In this document: one piece after another, positions 1 through 15,639 of the stretch | Numbering within the stretch: the first letter of the stretch is position 1 | Layout: each line of letters opens with the position of its first letter | Source of the DNA: the human T2T-CHM13v2.0 reference genome, Homo sapiens | Length of the DNA: 64,000 bases | Assembly: GCF_009914755.1 (NCBI RefSeq) | Contig: NC_060948.1 | Direction: 5' to 3' (one strand) | The notes under the pieces: generated by a model | Seen by the model: the letters and a program-made list of their open reading frames with translations, nothing else | Databases searched by the model: none | Told to the model about the DNA's origin: nothing | Translations under genes and position numbers: made by a program

Positions 1-255
1 GTCCTTAGGACGAAGAGCAGGAGACCCCTAATTCCGTCACCATGGCGATAGGGCATAAACATTGCTGGGTGAGGGCACAATCCACATTGTGAGGTCCAAC
101 TGCTGCCAGGAAGACAGGAGTGCTTTTACATAGACCGAAAGGTCATTGAAGGCTCAGAGTTTTGTTTCAAGAACTGAATCCCAAGCCCACACGTTATTAG
201 GCTGCGCTTCTTAAAACAAGTTATGAGATGGGAAAAAGGGCACCCACAAACATAC
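1..255. repeat. HSATI-type segment of DYZ2 unit (partial, cut by window start)
   Basis: Near-identical to 2420-2675 and ends at GGGCACCCACAAACATAC before the AT-rich tract. Confidence 0.75.
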
Positions 256-1810
256 GTATACATTATGTATATAATAATATACAGTGTCATATATATAATA
301 TATATAACCTATGTATAATATTGTTTTACATCCTGCATCTTATGTTATATATATTGTATAAAATATAATAATTGATAATATATAAGTTTTATAATTATAC
401 AATATGACATATAGTATATATTATTATTTATGACATATATAATATATGTTATATGTCATATATAGAATATATTATACGGTTAATATACGTATTAAATATA
501 AATTATACATTATATATATTATATATAATATATCTGTTATATATAATACCCATTATGCATAATATATATATTATGTCTATGTTATATATAGTATAAAACA
601 ACATATAATAATATATAATTGTATATATAAAATGCGACATATAATATATATTATATTTTATAACATATGTAATATATATTATATATTATATATAATACGT
701 TGTATGTATAATACCTATATTAAATATATATTATATGACTATGTTATTAATTACATGTCACATGTGTTATATATTATATATTTTACATAGAATATACCGG
801 TTACATACAATATATACTATGTTACCTATAATGTATAATTTATTACATGTAAAATAAAGAATGCAATATATTATGTACAATTTATAATATACAATATGTG
901 GAATGTGATATATATAACATATAATATATGATATATGATATACAGTATATGATATATAACATACAATATATGATTCCTAATATATATGGTATACAATATA
1001 TATTTTATGATATGTATTCTATATGTTTTATATTCTGTTATATATAACTATTTGAAATTATAAATAACTGTATAATATTTTATGTAAATATGTAATATAA
1101 TATATATAAATATATAATATATTATATATAACTATATATTATGTTATATATACTTTTATAACATAATTTACATAAAATATCATAATATAATATATATTAT
1201 ATTATTTCATATTACATAATATATATTACATATCACCCAATATAACTAGCATACATAATATTATAATATAGATTATATTGTGTTATATTAAATATCATAT
1301 ATATCATGTATCATATATTCTATAATATATATTACACATTATATAATATGTATGTTGTCTATTATGTGATATATATAACTATATATATAATTATATTTTT
1401 ATACATATAACTAGATAAACATGTAATTCTACATATTTTCATTTATAATATGTAGAATTATATAATCATATATAATTATTTATATTCTATAAAAAATTTT
1501 ATCATTATATAAATTATAATATATAAAAATTATAATATGTACTACAAATATATATATTATACATCATATATGATATAGTACCTTTGTTATATATCATAAT
1601 ACATATAAATGTGTATTATGTTATCTATAATTATATAATTTCATATATAAGATGTATAATATGTATCATATATTATATATGTTATGTAATATATATAGTA
1701 TATATAAGATGACACAGGATAAATATTATATACTATGACATATAAAATATATGAGGTTATATGTTACATATAAGGCATAGCACATAACATGTAATATGTA
1801 TCATATATAA
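256..1810. repeat. AT-rich (TA)n-like low-complexity segment of DYZ2 unit
   Basis: About 1.55 kb of mostly A/T with degenerate TATA/ATAT runs. It is copied almost base-for-base at ~2676-4227, ~5094-6647, ~7514-9065 and ~9932-11485. Confidence 0.9.
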
Positions 1811-2101
1811 TTTTTTTTAGACAGAATCTTGTCCTGTTGCACAGGGTGGGGTACAATGGCGCCATCTTTGCTCACTGCAACTTCTGCCTCACGGGTCCAA
1901 GCGATTGTCCTCCCTCAGCCTCCCAGGTAGCTGGGACTACACCACACTGGGACTACACCAGCTGCCACCATGCCTAGCTAATTTTTTGGATTTTTAGTAG
2001 TGACAGCGTTTCACTGTATTGGCCAGGATGGTCTTGATCTCTTCACCTTGTGATCCCCTTGCCTTGGCCTCCAAATTTGCTGGGATTACAGGCCTGAGCC
2101 A
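1811..2101 (-). mobile_element. Alu SINE, near full length and degenerate, embedded in DYZ2 unit
   Basis: T-run, then AGACAGA.TCT...GCTCACTGCAAC...CCTCAGCCTCCCAGGTAGCTGGGACTACA...GCTAATTTTTTGGATTTTTAGTAG...GGCCAGGATGGTCTTGATCTC...GCTGGGATTACAGGCCTGAGCC. This is the reverse complement of the Alu dimer with its central A-rich linker. About 13 nt at the Alu 5' end are missing or diverged. Confidence 0.96.
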
Positions 2102-2675
2102 AGATCCATATTTTGTAAATGAAAAAAAATTTCAAAGGTACTCTGCTTGGTACAATAATCAAATGTATAAACTGAGGAATAAAACATAACCATGAAACCT
2201 ACTTATAACTGCATATGGAAAATACAGAGGATAATTTTTTAAATAACATATTTTGAAAGCCTTAACTAGTAATTTGAAGAGTTGGCATTTGAAAGGCCAG
2301 TATGAATATACCTTCAAAGCAGCAACACAGGTTCCCCATGAGAAAAAGCAAACACAGGGAAAATAAAAACACAAAGGTTCAATCTCTTCTGACCTTTGAA
2401 AGACACAGCACAGACAGTGGTCCTTAGGACGAAGAGCAGGAGACCCCTAATTCCGTCACCATGGCGATAGGGCATAAACATTGCTGGGTGAGGGCACAAT
2501 CCACATTGTGAGGTCCAACTGCTGCCAGGAAGGCAGGAGTGCTTTTACATAGAACGAAAGGTCATTGAAGGCTCAGAGTTTTGTTTCAAGAACTGAATCC
2601 CAAGCCCACACGATATTAGGCTGCGCTTCTTAAAACAAGTTCTGAGATGGGAAAAAGGGCACCCACAAACATACA
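2102..2675. repeat. HSATI-type segment of DYZ2 unit
   Basis: About 570 bp of non-Alu, non-simple sequence, repeated at ~4520-5093, ~6940-7513, ~9358-9931, ~11778-12351 and ~14167-14735. The name follows from the known DYZ2 composition. Confidence 0.75.
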
Positions 2676-4227
2676 TATACCTTATGTATATAATAATATA
2701 CAGTATCATATATATAATATATATAACCTATGTATAATATTGTTTTACATCCTGCATCTTATGTTATATATATTGTATAAAATATAATAATTGATAATAT
2801 ATAAGTTTTATATTTATACAATATGACATATAGTATATATTATAATTTATGACATATATAATATATGTTATATATCAAATATAGAATATATTATACGGTT
2901 AATATACGTATTAAATATAAATTATACATTATATATATTATATAAAATATATCTATTATATATAATACCCATTATAAATAATATATATATTATATCTATG
3001 TTATATATAGTATAAAACAACACATAATAATATATAATTGTATATATAAAATGCGACATATAATATATATTATATTTTATGACATATGTAATATATATTA
3101 TATTATATATAATACGTTGTATGTATAATACCTATATTAAATATATATTATATGACTATGTTATTAATTACATGTCACATATATTATATATTATATATTT
3201 TACATGGAATATAAAGGTAACATACAATATATACTATGTTACCTATAATGCATAATTGATTACATGTGAAATAAAGAATGCAATATATTATGTATAGTTT
3301 ATAATATACAATATGTGGAATGTGATATATATAACATATAATATATGATATATGATATACAGTATATGGTATATAACATACAATATATGATACCTAATAT
3401 ATATGGTATACAATATATATTTTATGATATGTATTCTATATGTTTTATATTCTGTTATATATAACTATTTGAAATTATATATAACTGTATAATATTTTAT
3501 GTAAATATGTAATATAATATATATAACTATATGATATATTATATATAACTATATATTATGTTATATATACTTTCATAACATAATTTACATAAAATGTCAT
3601 AATATAATATATATTATATTATTTCATATTACATAATATATATTACATATCACCCAACATAAGTAACATACATAATATTATAATATAGATTATATTATAT
3701 TATATTAAATATCATATATATCATGTATCATATATTCTAAAATATATATTACACATTATATAATATGTATGTTGTCTATTATGTGATATATATAACTATA
3801 TATATAATTATATTATTATACATATAACTACATAAACATGTAATTCTACATATTTTCATTTATAATATATAGAATTATATAATCATATATAATTATTTAT
3901 ATTCTATAAAAAATTATATCATTATATAAATTATAATATATAAAAATTATTATATGTACTACAAATATATATATTATATATCATATATGATATAGTACCT
4001 TTGTTATATATCATAATACATATAAATGTGTATTATGTTATCTATAATTATATAATTTCATATATAAGATGTATAATATGTATTATATATAATACACGTT
4101 ATGTAATATATATAGTATATATAAGATGACACAGGATAAATATTATATACTATGACATATAAAATATATGAGGTTATATGTTACATATAAGGCATAGCAC
4201 ATAACATGTAATATATACCATATATAA

Positions 4228-4519
4228 TTTTTTTTTAGACAGAGTCTTGTCCTGTTGCACAGGGTGGGGTACAATGGCGCCAACTTTGCTCACTGCAACA
4301 TCTGCCTCACGGGTCCAAGCGATTGTCCTCCCTCAGCCTCCCAGGTAGCTGGGACTACACCACACTGGGACTACACCAGCTGCCACCATGCCTAGCTAAT
4401 TTTTTGGATTTTTAGTAGTGACAGCGTTTCACTGTATTGGCCAGGATGGTCTTGATCTCTTCACCTTGTGATCCCCTTGCCTTGGCCTCCAAATTTGCTG
4501 GGATTACAGGCCTGAGCCA
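4228..4519 (-). mobile_element. Alu copy in DYZ2 unit
   Basis: Near-identical to 1811-2101, including the internal CTGGGACTACACCA duplication. Confidence 0.96.
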
Positions 4520-6624
4520 AGATCCATATTTTTTAAATGAAAAAAAATTTCAAAGGTACTCTGCTTGGTACAATAATCAAATGTATAAACTGAGGAATAA
4601 AACATAACCATGAAACCTACTTATAACTGCATATGGAAAATACAGAGGATAATTTTTTAAATAACATATTTTGAAAGCCTTAACTAGTAATTTGAAGAGT
4701 TGGCATTTGAAAGGCCAGTATGAATATACCTTCAAAGCAGCAACACAGGTTCCCCATGAGAAAAAGCAAACTCAGGGAAAATAAAACCACAAAGGTTCAA
4801 TCTCTTCTGACCTTTGAAAGACACAGCACAGACAGTGGTCCTTAGGACGAAGAGCAGGAGACCCCTAATTCCGTCACCATGGCGATAGGGCATAAACATT
4901 GCTGGGTGAGGGCACAATCCACATTGTGAGGTCCAACTGCTGCCAGGAAGACAGGAGTGCTTTTACATAGACCTAAATGTCATTGAAGGCTCAGAGTTTT
5001 GTTTCAAGAACTGAATCCCAAGCCCACACGTTATTAGGCTGCGCTTCCTAAAACAAGTTGTGAGATGGGAAAAAGGGCACCCACAAACATACGTATACAT
5101 TATGTATATAATAATATACAGTATCATATATATAATATATATAACCTATGTATAATATTGTTTTACATCCTGCATCTTATGTTATATATATTGTATAAAA
5201 TATAATAATTGATAATATATAAGTTTTATAATTATACAATATGACATATAGTATATATTATAATTTATGGCATATATAATGTATGTTATATATCATATAT
5301 AGAATATATTATACGGTTAATATACGTATTAAATATAAATTATACATTATATATATTATATATAATATATCTGTTATATATAATACCCATTATGCATAAT
5401 ATATATATTATGTCTATGTTATATATAGTATAAAACAACACATAATAATATATAGTTGTATATATAAAATGCGACATAAAATATATATTATATTTTATGA
5501 CATATGTAATATATATTATATATTATATATAATACGTTGTATGTATAATACCTATATTAAATATATATTATATGACTATGTTATTAATTACATGTCACAT
5601 GTGTTATACATTATATATTTTACATAGAATATACCGGTTACATACAATATATACTATGTTACCTATAATGTATAATTTATTACATGTAAAATAAAGAATG
5701 CAATATATTATGTATAATTTATAATATACAATATGTGGAATGTGATATATATAACATATATTATATGATATATGATATACAGTATATGATATATAACATA
5801 CAATATATGATACCTAATATATATGGTATAAAATATATATTTTATGATATGTATTCTCTATGTTTTATATTCTGTTATATATAACTATTTGAAATTATAT
5901 ATAACTGTATAATATTTTATGTAAATATGTAATATAATATATATAACTATATAATATATTATATATAACTATATATTATGTTATATATACTTTTATAACA
6001 TAATTTACATAAAATATCATAATATAATATATATTATATTATTTCATATTACATAATATATATTACATATCACCAAACATAAGTAACATACATAATATTA
6101 TAATATAGATTATATTATGTTATATTAAATATCATATATATCATGTATCATATATTCTATAATATATATTACACATTATATAATATGTATTTTGTCTATT
6201 ATGTGATATATATAACTATATATATAATTATATTATTATACATATAACTAGATAAACATGTAATTCTGCATATTTTCATTTATAATATATAGAATTATAT
6301 AATCATATATAATTATTTATATTGTATAAAAAATTATATCATTATATAAATTATAATATATAAAAATTATAATATGTACTACAAATATATATATTATATA
6401 TCATATATGATATAGTACCTTTGTTATATATCATAATACATATAAATGTGTATTATGTTATCTATAATTATATAATTTCATATATAAGATGTATAATATG
6501 TATTATATATTATACATGTTATGTAATATATATAGTATATATATGATGACACAGGATAAATATTATATACTATGACATATAAAATATATGAGGTTATATG
6601 TTACATATAAGGCATAGCACATAA

Positions 6625-6939
<315 letters not shown>

Positions 6940-9065
6940 AGATCCATATTTTTTAAATGAAAAAAAATTTCAAAGGTACTCTGCTTGGTACAATAATCAA
7001 ATGTATAAACTGAGGATTAAAACATAACCATGAAACATACTTATAACTTCATATGGAAAATACAGAGGATAATTTTTTAAATAACATATTTTGAAAGCCT
7101 TAACTAGTAATTTGAAGAGTTGGCATTTGAAAGGCCAGTATGAATATACCTCCAAAGCAGCAACACAGGTTCCCCATGAGAAAATACAGACTCAGGGAAA
7201 ATAAAACCAAAAAGGTTCAATCTCTTCTGACCTTTGAAAGACACAGCACAGACAGTGGTCCTTAGGACGAAGAGCAGGAGACCCCTAATTCCGTCACCAT
7301 GGCGATAGGGCATAAACATTGCTGGGTGAGGGCACAATCCACATTGTGAGGTCCAACTGCTGCCAGGAAGACAGGAGTGCTTTTACATAGACCGAAAGGT
7401 CATTGAAGGCTCAGAGTTTTGTTTCAAGACCTGAATCCCAAGCCCACACGTTATTAGTCTGCGCTTCTTAAAACAAGTTATGAGATGGGAAAAAGGGCAC
7501 CCACAAACATACGTATACATTATGTATATAATAATATACAGCATCATATATATAATATATATAACCTATGTATAATATTGTTTTACATCCTGCATCTTAT
7601 ATTATATATATTGTATAAAATATAATAATTGATAATATATAAGTTTTATATTTATACATTATGACATATAGTATATATTATAATTTATGACGTATATAAT
7701 ATATGTTATATATCATATATAGAATATATTATACGGTTAATATACGTATTAAATATAAATTATACATTATATATATTATATATAATACATCTGTTATATA
7801 TAATACCCATTATGCGTAATATATATATTATGTCTATGTTATATATAGTATAAAACAACATATAATAATATATAATTGTATATATAAAATGCGACATATA
7901 ATATATATTATATTTTATGACATATGTAATATATATTATATATTATATATAATACGTTGTATGTATAATACCTATATGAAATATATATTATATGACTATG
8001 TTATTAATTACATGTCACATGTGTTATATATTATATATTTTACATAGAATATACCGGTTACATACAATATATACTATGTTACCTACAATATATATTTGAT
8101 TACATGTAAAATAAAGAATGCAATATATTATGTATAATTTATAATATACAATATGTGGAATGTGATATATATAACATATATTATATGATATATGATATAC
8201 AGTATATGATATATAACATACAATATATGATACCTAATATATATGGTATACAATATATATTTCATGATATGTATTCTATATGTTTTATACTCTGTTATAT
8301 ATAACTATTTGAAATTATATATAACTGTATAATATTTTATGTAAATATGTAATATAATATATAACTATATAATATATTATATATAACTATATATTATGTT
8401 ATATATACTTTTATAACATAATTTACATAAAATATCATAATATAATATATATTATATTATTTCATATTACATAATATATATTACATATCACCCAATATAA
8501 GTAACATACATAATAGTATAATATAGATTATATTATGTTATATTAAATATCATATATATCATGTATCATATATTCTATAATATATATTACACATTATATA
8601 ATATGTATGTTGTCTATTATGTGATATATATAACTATATATATAATTATATTATTATACATATAACTAGATAAACATGTAATTCTACATATTTTCATTTA
8701 TAATATATAGAATTATATAATCATATATAATTATTTATATTCTATAAAAAATTATATCATTATATAAATTATAATATATAAAAATTATAATATGTACTAC
8801 AAATATATATATTATATATCATATATGATATAGTACCTTTGTTATATATCATAATACATATAAATGTGTATTATGTTATCTATAATTATATAATTTCATA
8901 TATAAGATGTATAATATGTATCATATATTATATATGTTATGTAATATATATAGTATATATAAGATGACACAGGATAAATATTATATACTATGACATAAAA
9001 AACATATGACGTTATATGTTACATATAAGGCATAGCACATAACATGTAATATATATCATATATAA

Positions 9066-9357
9066 TTTTTTTTTAGACAGAGTCTGATCGTGTTGCACAG
9101 GGTGGGGTTCAATGGCGCCATCTTTGCTCACTGCAACATCTGCCTCACGGTTCCAAGCGATTGTCCTCCCTCAGCCTCCCAGGTAGCTGGGACTACACCA
9201 CACTGGGACTACACCAGCTGCCACCATGCCTAGCTAATTTTTTGGATTTTTAGTAGTGACAGCCTTTCACTGTATTGGCCAGGATGATCTTGATCTCTTC
9301 GCCTTGTGATCCCCTTGCCTTGGCCTCCAAATTTGCTGGGATTACAGGCCTGAGCCA
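9066..9357 (-). mobile_element. Alu copy in DYZ2 unit
   Basis: Near-identical to 1811-2101, with a few private substitutions (AGTCTGATCGTG). Confidence 0.96.
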
Positions 9358-11485
9358 AGATCCATATTTTGTAAATGAAAAAAAATTTCAAAGGTACTCT
9401 GCTTGGTACAATAAACAAATGTATAAACTGAGGAATAAAACATAACCATGAAACCTACTTATAACTGCATATGGAAAATACAGAGGATAATTTTTTAAAT
9501 AACATATTTTGAAAGCCTTAACTAGTAATTTGAAGAGTTGGCCTTTGAAAGACCAGTATGAATATACCTTCAAAGCAGCAACACAGGTTCCCCATGAGAA
9601 AAAGCAAACTCAGGGAAAATAAAACCGCAAAGGTTCAATCTCTTCTGACCTTTGAAAGACACAGCACAGACAGTGGTCCTTAGGACGAAGAGCAGGAGAC
9701 CCCTAATTCCGTCACCATGGCGATAGAGCATAAACATTGCTGGGTGAGGGCACAATCCACATTGTGAGGTCCAAGTGCTGCCAGGAAGACAGGAGTGCTT
9801 TTACATAGACCGAAAGGTCATTGAAGGCTCAGAGTTTTGTTTCAAGAACTGAATCCCAAGCCCACACGTTATTAGGCTGCGCTTCTTAAAACAAGTTATG
9901 AGATGGGAAAAAGGGCACCCACAAACATACGTATACATTATGTATATAATAATATACAGTATCATATATATAATATATATAACCTATGTATAATATTGTT
10001 TTACGTCCTGCATCTTATGTTATATATATTATATAAAATATAATAATTGATAATATATATGTTTTGTATTTATACAATATGACATATAGTATATATTATA
10101 ATTTATGACATATATAATATATGTTATATATCATATATAGAATATATTATACGGTTAATATACGTATTAAATATAAATTATACATTATATATATTATATA
10201 TAATATATCTGTTATATATAATACCCATTATGCATAATATATATGTTATGTCTATGTTATATACAGTATAAAACAACATATAATAATATATAATTGTATA
10301 TATAAAATGCGACATATAATATATATTTTATTTTATGACATATGTAATATATATTATATATTATATATAAAACGTTGTATGTATAATACCTATATTAAAT
10401 ATATATTATATGACTATGTTATTAATTACATGTCACATATGTTATATATTATATATTTTACATAGAATATACCGGTTACATACAATATATACTATGTTAC
10501 ATATAATGTATAATTTATTACATGTAAAATAAAGAATGCAATATATTATGTATAATTTATAATATACAATATGTGGAATGTGATATATATAACATATAAT
10601 ATATGATATATGATATACAGTATATGATATATAACATACAATATATGATACCTAATATATATGGTATACAATATATATTTTATGATAAGTATTCTATATG
10701 TTTTATATTCTGTTATATATACCTATTTGAAATTATATATAACTGTATAATATTTTATGTAAATATGTAATATAATATATATAACTATATAATATATTAT
10801 ATATAACTATATATTATGTTATATATACTTTTATAACATAATTTACATAAAATATCATAATATAATATATAGTATATTATTTCATATTACATAATATATA
10901 TTACATATCACCCAATATAAGTAACATACTTAATATTATAATATAGATTATATTATGTTATATTAAATATCATATATATCATGTATCATATATTCTATAA
11001 TATATATTATACATTATATAATATGTATGTTGTCTATCATGTGATATATATAACTATATATATAAATATATTATTATACATATAACTGGATAAACATGTA
11101 ATTCTACATATTTTCATTTATAATATATAGAAATATATAATCATATATAATTATTTATATTCTATAAAAAATTATATCATTATATAAATTATAATATATA
11201 AAAATTATAATATGTACTACAAATATATATATTATATATCATATATGATATAGTACCTTTGTTATATATCATAATACATATAAATGTGTATTATGTTATC
11301 TATAATTATATAATTTCATATATAAGATGTATAATATGTATTATTTATTATATATGTTTTGTAATATATATAGTATATATAAGCTGACACAGGATAAATA
11401 TCATATACTATGACATATAAAATATATGAGGTTATATGTTACATATAAGGCATAGCACATAACATGCAATATTTATGATATATAA

Positions 11486-11777
<292 letters not shown>

Positions 11778-12351
11778 AGATCCATATTTTTTAAATGAAA
11801 AAAAATTTCAAAGGTACTCTGCTTGGTACAGTAATCAAATCTATAAACTGAGGAATAAAACATAACCGTGAAACATACTTATAACTGCATATGGAAAATA
11901 CAGAGTATAATTTTTTAAAATAACATATTTTGAAAGCCTTAACTAGTAATTTGAAGAGTTTGCATTTGAAAGGCCAGTATGAATATACCTTCAAAGCAGC
12001 AACACAGGTTCCAAATGAGAACAATCAAACTCAGGTAAAATAAAAGCACAAATGTTCACTCTGTTCTGACCTTTGAAAAACACAGCACAGACAGTGGCAC
12101 TTAGGACCAAGAGCAGGAGATCCCTAATCCCGTCACCATGGCGATAGGGCATAAACATTGCGGGGTGAGGGCACAATGCACATTGTGAGGTCCAATTGCT
12201 GCCAGGAAGACAGGAGTGCTTTTACATAGACCGAAAGGTCATTGAAGGCTCAGATTTTCGTTTCAAAAACTGAATCCCAAGCCCACACGTTATTATGCTG
12301 CGCTTCTTAAAACAAGTTATGAGAAGGGAAATAGGGCACCCACAACATACG

Positions 12352-13874
12352 TATATAGTATGTATATAATAATATACACTATCATATATATAATATATAT
12401 AACCTATGTATAATATTGTTTTACATCCTGCATCTTATATTATATATATTATATGTAATATAATAATTGATAATATATAAGTTTATATTTATACAATATG
12501 ACATATAATATATATTATATTTTATGACATATATAATATAGATTATATATCATATATAGAATATACTATACGGTTAATATACGTATTAAATATATAATAT
12601 ACATTATATATATTATATCTACGTTATATATAACATTAACTATAGATAATATATATATTATATCTAGCTTATATATAATATAAAATAACAGATAATTATA
12701 TATAATTGTATATATAAAATATGACATATAATATATATTATATTTTATGACATATATATCATATATATTATATATTATATATAATATGTTGTATGTATAA
12801 TACATATATTATATATATATTATAAGTCTAAATTATTAATTATATGTAATATATATTATATAGTACATATTTTACATTTCATACACATGTTACATACAAT
12901 ATATACTATGTTACATGTTACCTAGAATTTATTATATATAATATAATGTATGTCATATATTATATATACTTTATAGTATGCAATATGTGGAATGTGATAT
13001 ATATAACATGTAATATATGATATATGATATACGATATATGATATATAATATACAATATATGATACATTTTATATATGGTATACAATATATATTTTATGAT
13101 ATATATTATATATGTTTTATATTATATTATACATAACCATTTAATTATATATAGCTCTATAATATTGTAGGTAAATATATAATATAATACATACAACCAT
13201 ATATTATGTTATTTATAATTTTATTACGTACATTCAATAATATATCATAATATAATATATATTATATTATATTATTTTATATTACATAATATATATTATA
13301 TATCACATAGTATGTGTTACATACATAATATTTAAATATATATTATATTATGATATATTAAATATTATATATATTATGTATGCTATACTGTATAATATAT
13401 ATTATATATTATATAATATGCAGGGTGTCTATTATATGATATATATTATAATATATATAATTATATTATACATATAACGATATAAATATGTAATTATATT
13501 TAACATTATTTATATTACATATAGTTATATAATCATATATAATAATTTATATTATAAAAATAATTATATCATTATATAAATTATAGTATATATAAATTAT
13601 AATATGTGATAAATAATATATATTATATATCATATATGATATAGCATATATGTTATATATCATATTATATATCAATTTACGTTATGATATCTATAATTAT
13701 ATATTTTCATATATAAGATGTATAATATGAATTATATATTATATATGTTATTAAATATATACTTTATATAAAATGACACAGGATAAATGTTATATATTAT
13801 GACATATGATATATATGCGGTTATATATTATATATGAAGCATATTACATAACATATAATATATATCATATATAA
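12352..13874. repeat. Divergent AT-rich segment of edge-type DYZ2 unit
   Basis: Collinear with the other AT-rich segments (e.g. AATATGTGGAATGTGATATATATAAC, TGACACAGGATAAAT) but with many substitutions and about 30 bp shorter. Confidence 0.88.
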
Positions 13875-14166
<292 letters not shown>

Positions 14167-14735
14167 AGATCCATATTTTTTAAATGAAAAAAAATTTCAA
14201 AGTTATTCTGCTTGGTACAATAATCAAATATATAAACTGAGGGTTAAAACATAACCTTGGAACATATTTATAAGTGCATATGGATAATACAGAGGATAAT
14301 TTTTTAAATAACATATTTTGAAAGCCTTAACTAGTAATTTGAAGAGTTGGCATTTGAAAGGCCAGTATGAATATACCTTCAAAGCAGCAACACAGGTTCC
14401 CCATGAGAAAAATCAAACTTAGGGAAAATAAAACCACAAAGGTTCAATCTTTTCTGACCTTTGAAAGACACAGCACAGACAGTGGTCCTTAGGACGAAGA
14501 GCAGGAGACCCCTAATTCCGTCACCATGGCGATAGGGCATAAACATTGCTGGGTGAGGGCACAATCCACATTGTGAGGTCCAACTTCCGCCAGGAAGACA
14601 GGAGTGCTTTTACATAGACCCAAAGGTCATTGAAGGCTCAGTGTTTTGTTTCAAAAACTGAATCCCAAGCCCACACGTTATTATGCTGTGCTTCTTAAAA
14701 AAAGTTATGAGATGGGAAATAGGGCACCCACAATT

Positions 14736-15639
14736 ATATCTATACATTATGTATATAATAATATATAGAATCATATATATAATATATGTAACATATATAT
14801 ATAATACTGTTTTACATCCTGCAGTTATATTATATATATTATATGTATTATAATAACTGGTAATGTATAAGTATTATATTTATACACTATGACATATAAT
14901 AATTATATTTTATGCCGTATATAATATATATTATATATCATATACCAAATATATTATATGGTTAATATACGTATTAAATATATAATATACATTATAAATA
15001 TTATATCTACGTTATATATAACATTCACTATAGTTAATATATATATTATATCTAGCTTATATATAATATAAAATAACATATAATAATATATAACTGTATA
15101 TATAAAATATGACATATAATATATATTATATTTTATGACATATATATGATATGTATTATATATTATATATAATATGTTGTAAGTATAATACATGTATTAA
15201 ATATATATTATATGTCTATGTTATTAATTATATGTAATATATGTTATATATTACATATTTGATATAGAATACACATGTTACATAGAATATATTCTATGTT
15301 ACATATAACGTAGAATTTATTATGTGTAATATAATGTATGGCATATATTATAAATTCCTTATAATATACAATATGTGGAATGTGATATATATAACTTGTA
15401 ATATATGATATATGATATACAATATATGTTATATAACATAGAATATATGATACATAATATATATGGTATAGAATATATATTTTATGTTATATATTATATA
15501 TGTTTTATATTTTATTATATATAAATATTTAAAATTATATATAACTGTATAATGTTATACGTAAATATATAATATACTACATATAACCATATATTATGTT
15601 ATATAAAATTTTATTACATACTTTCCATAATATATCATA
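14736..15639. repeat. Truncated divergent AT-rich segment (terminal DYZ2 unit)
   Basis: Matches ~12352-13249 and stops abruptly at ...CATAATATATCATA, where DYZ1 begins. Confidence 0.88.
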
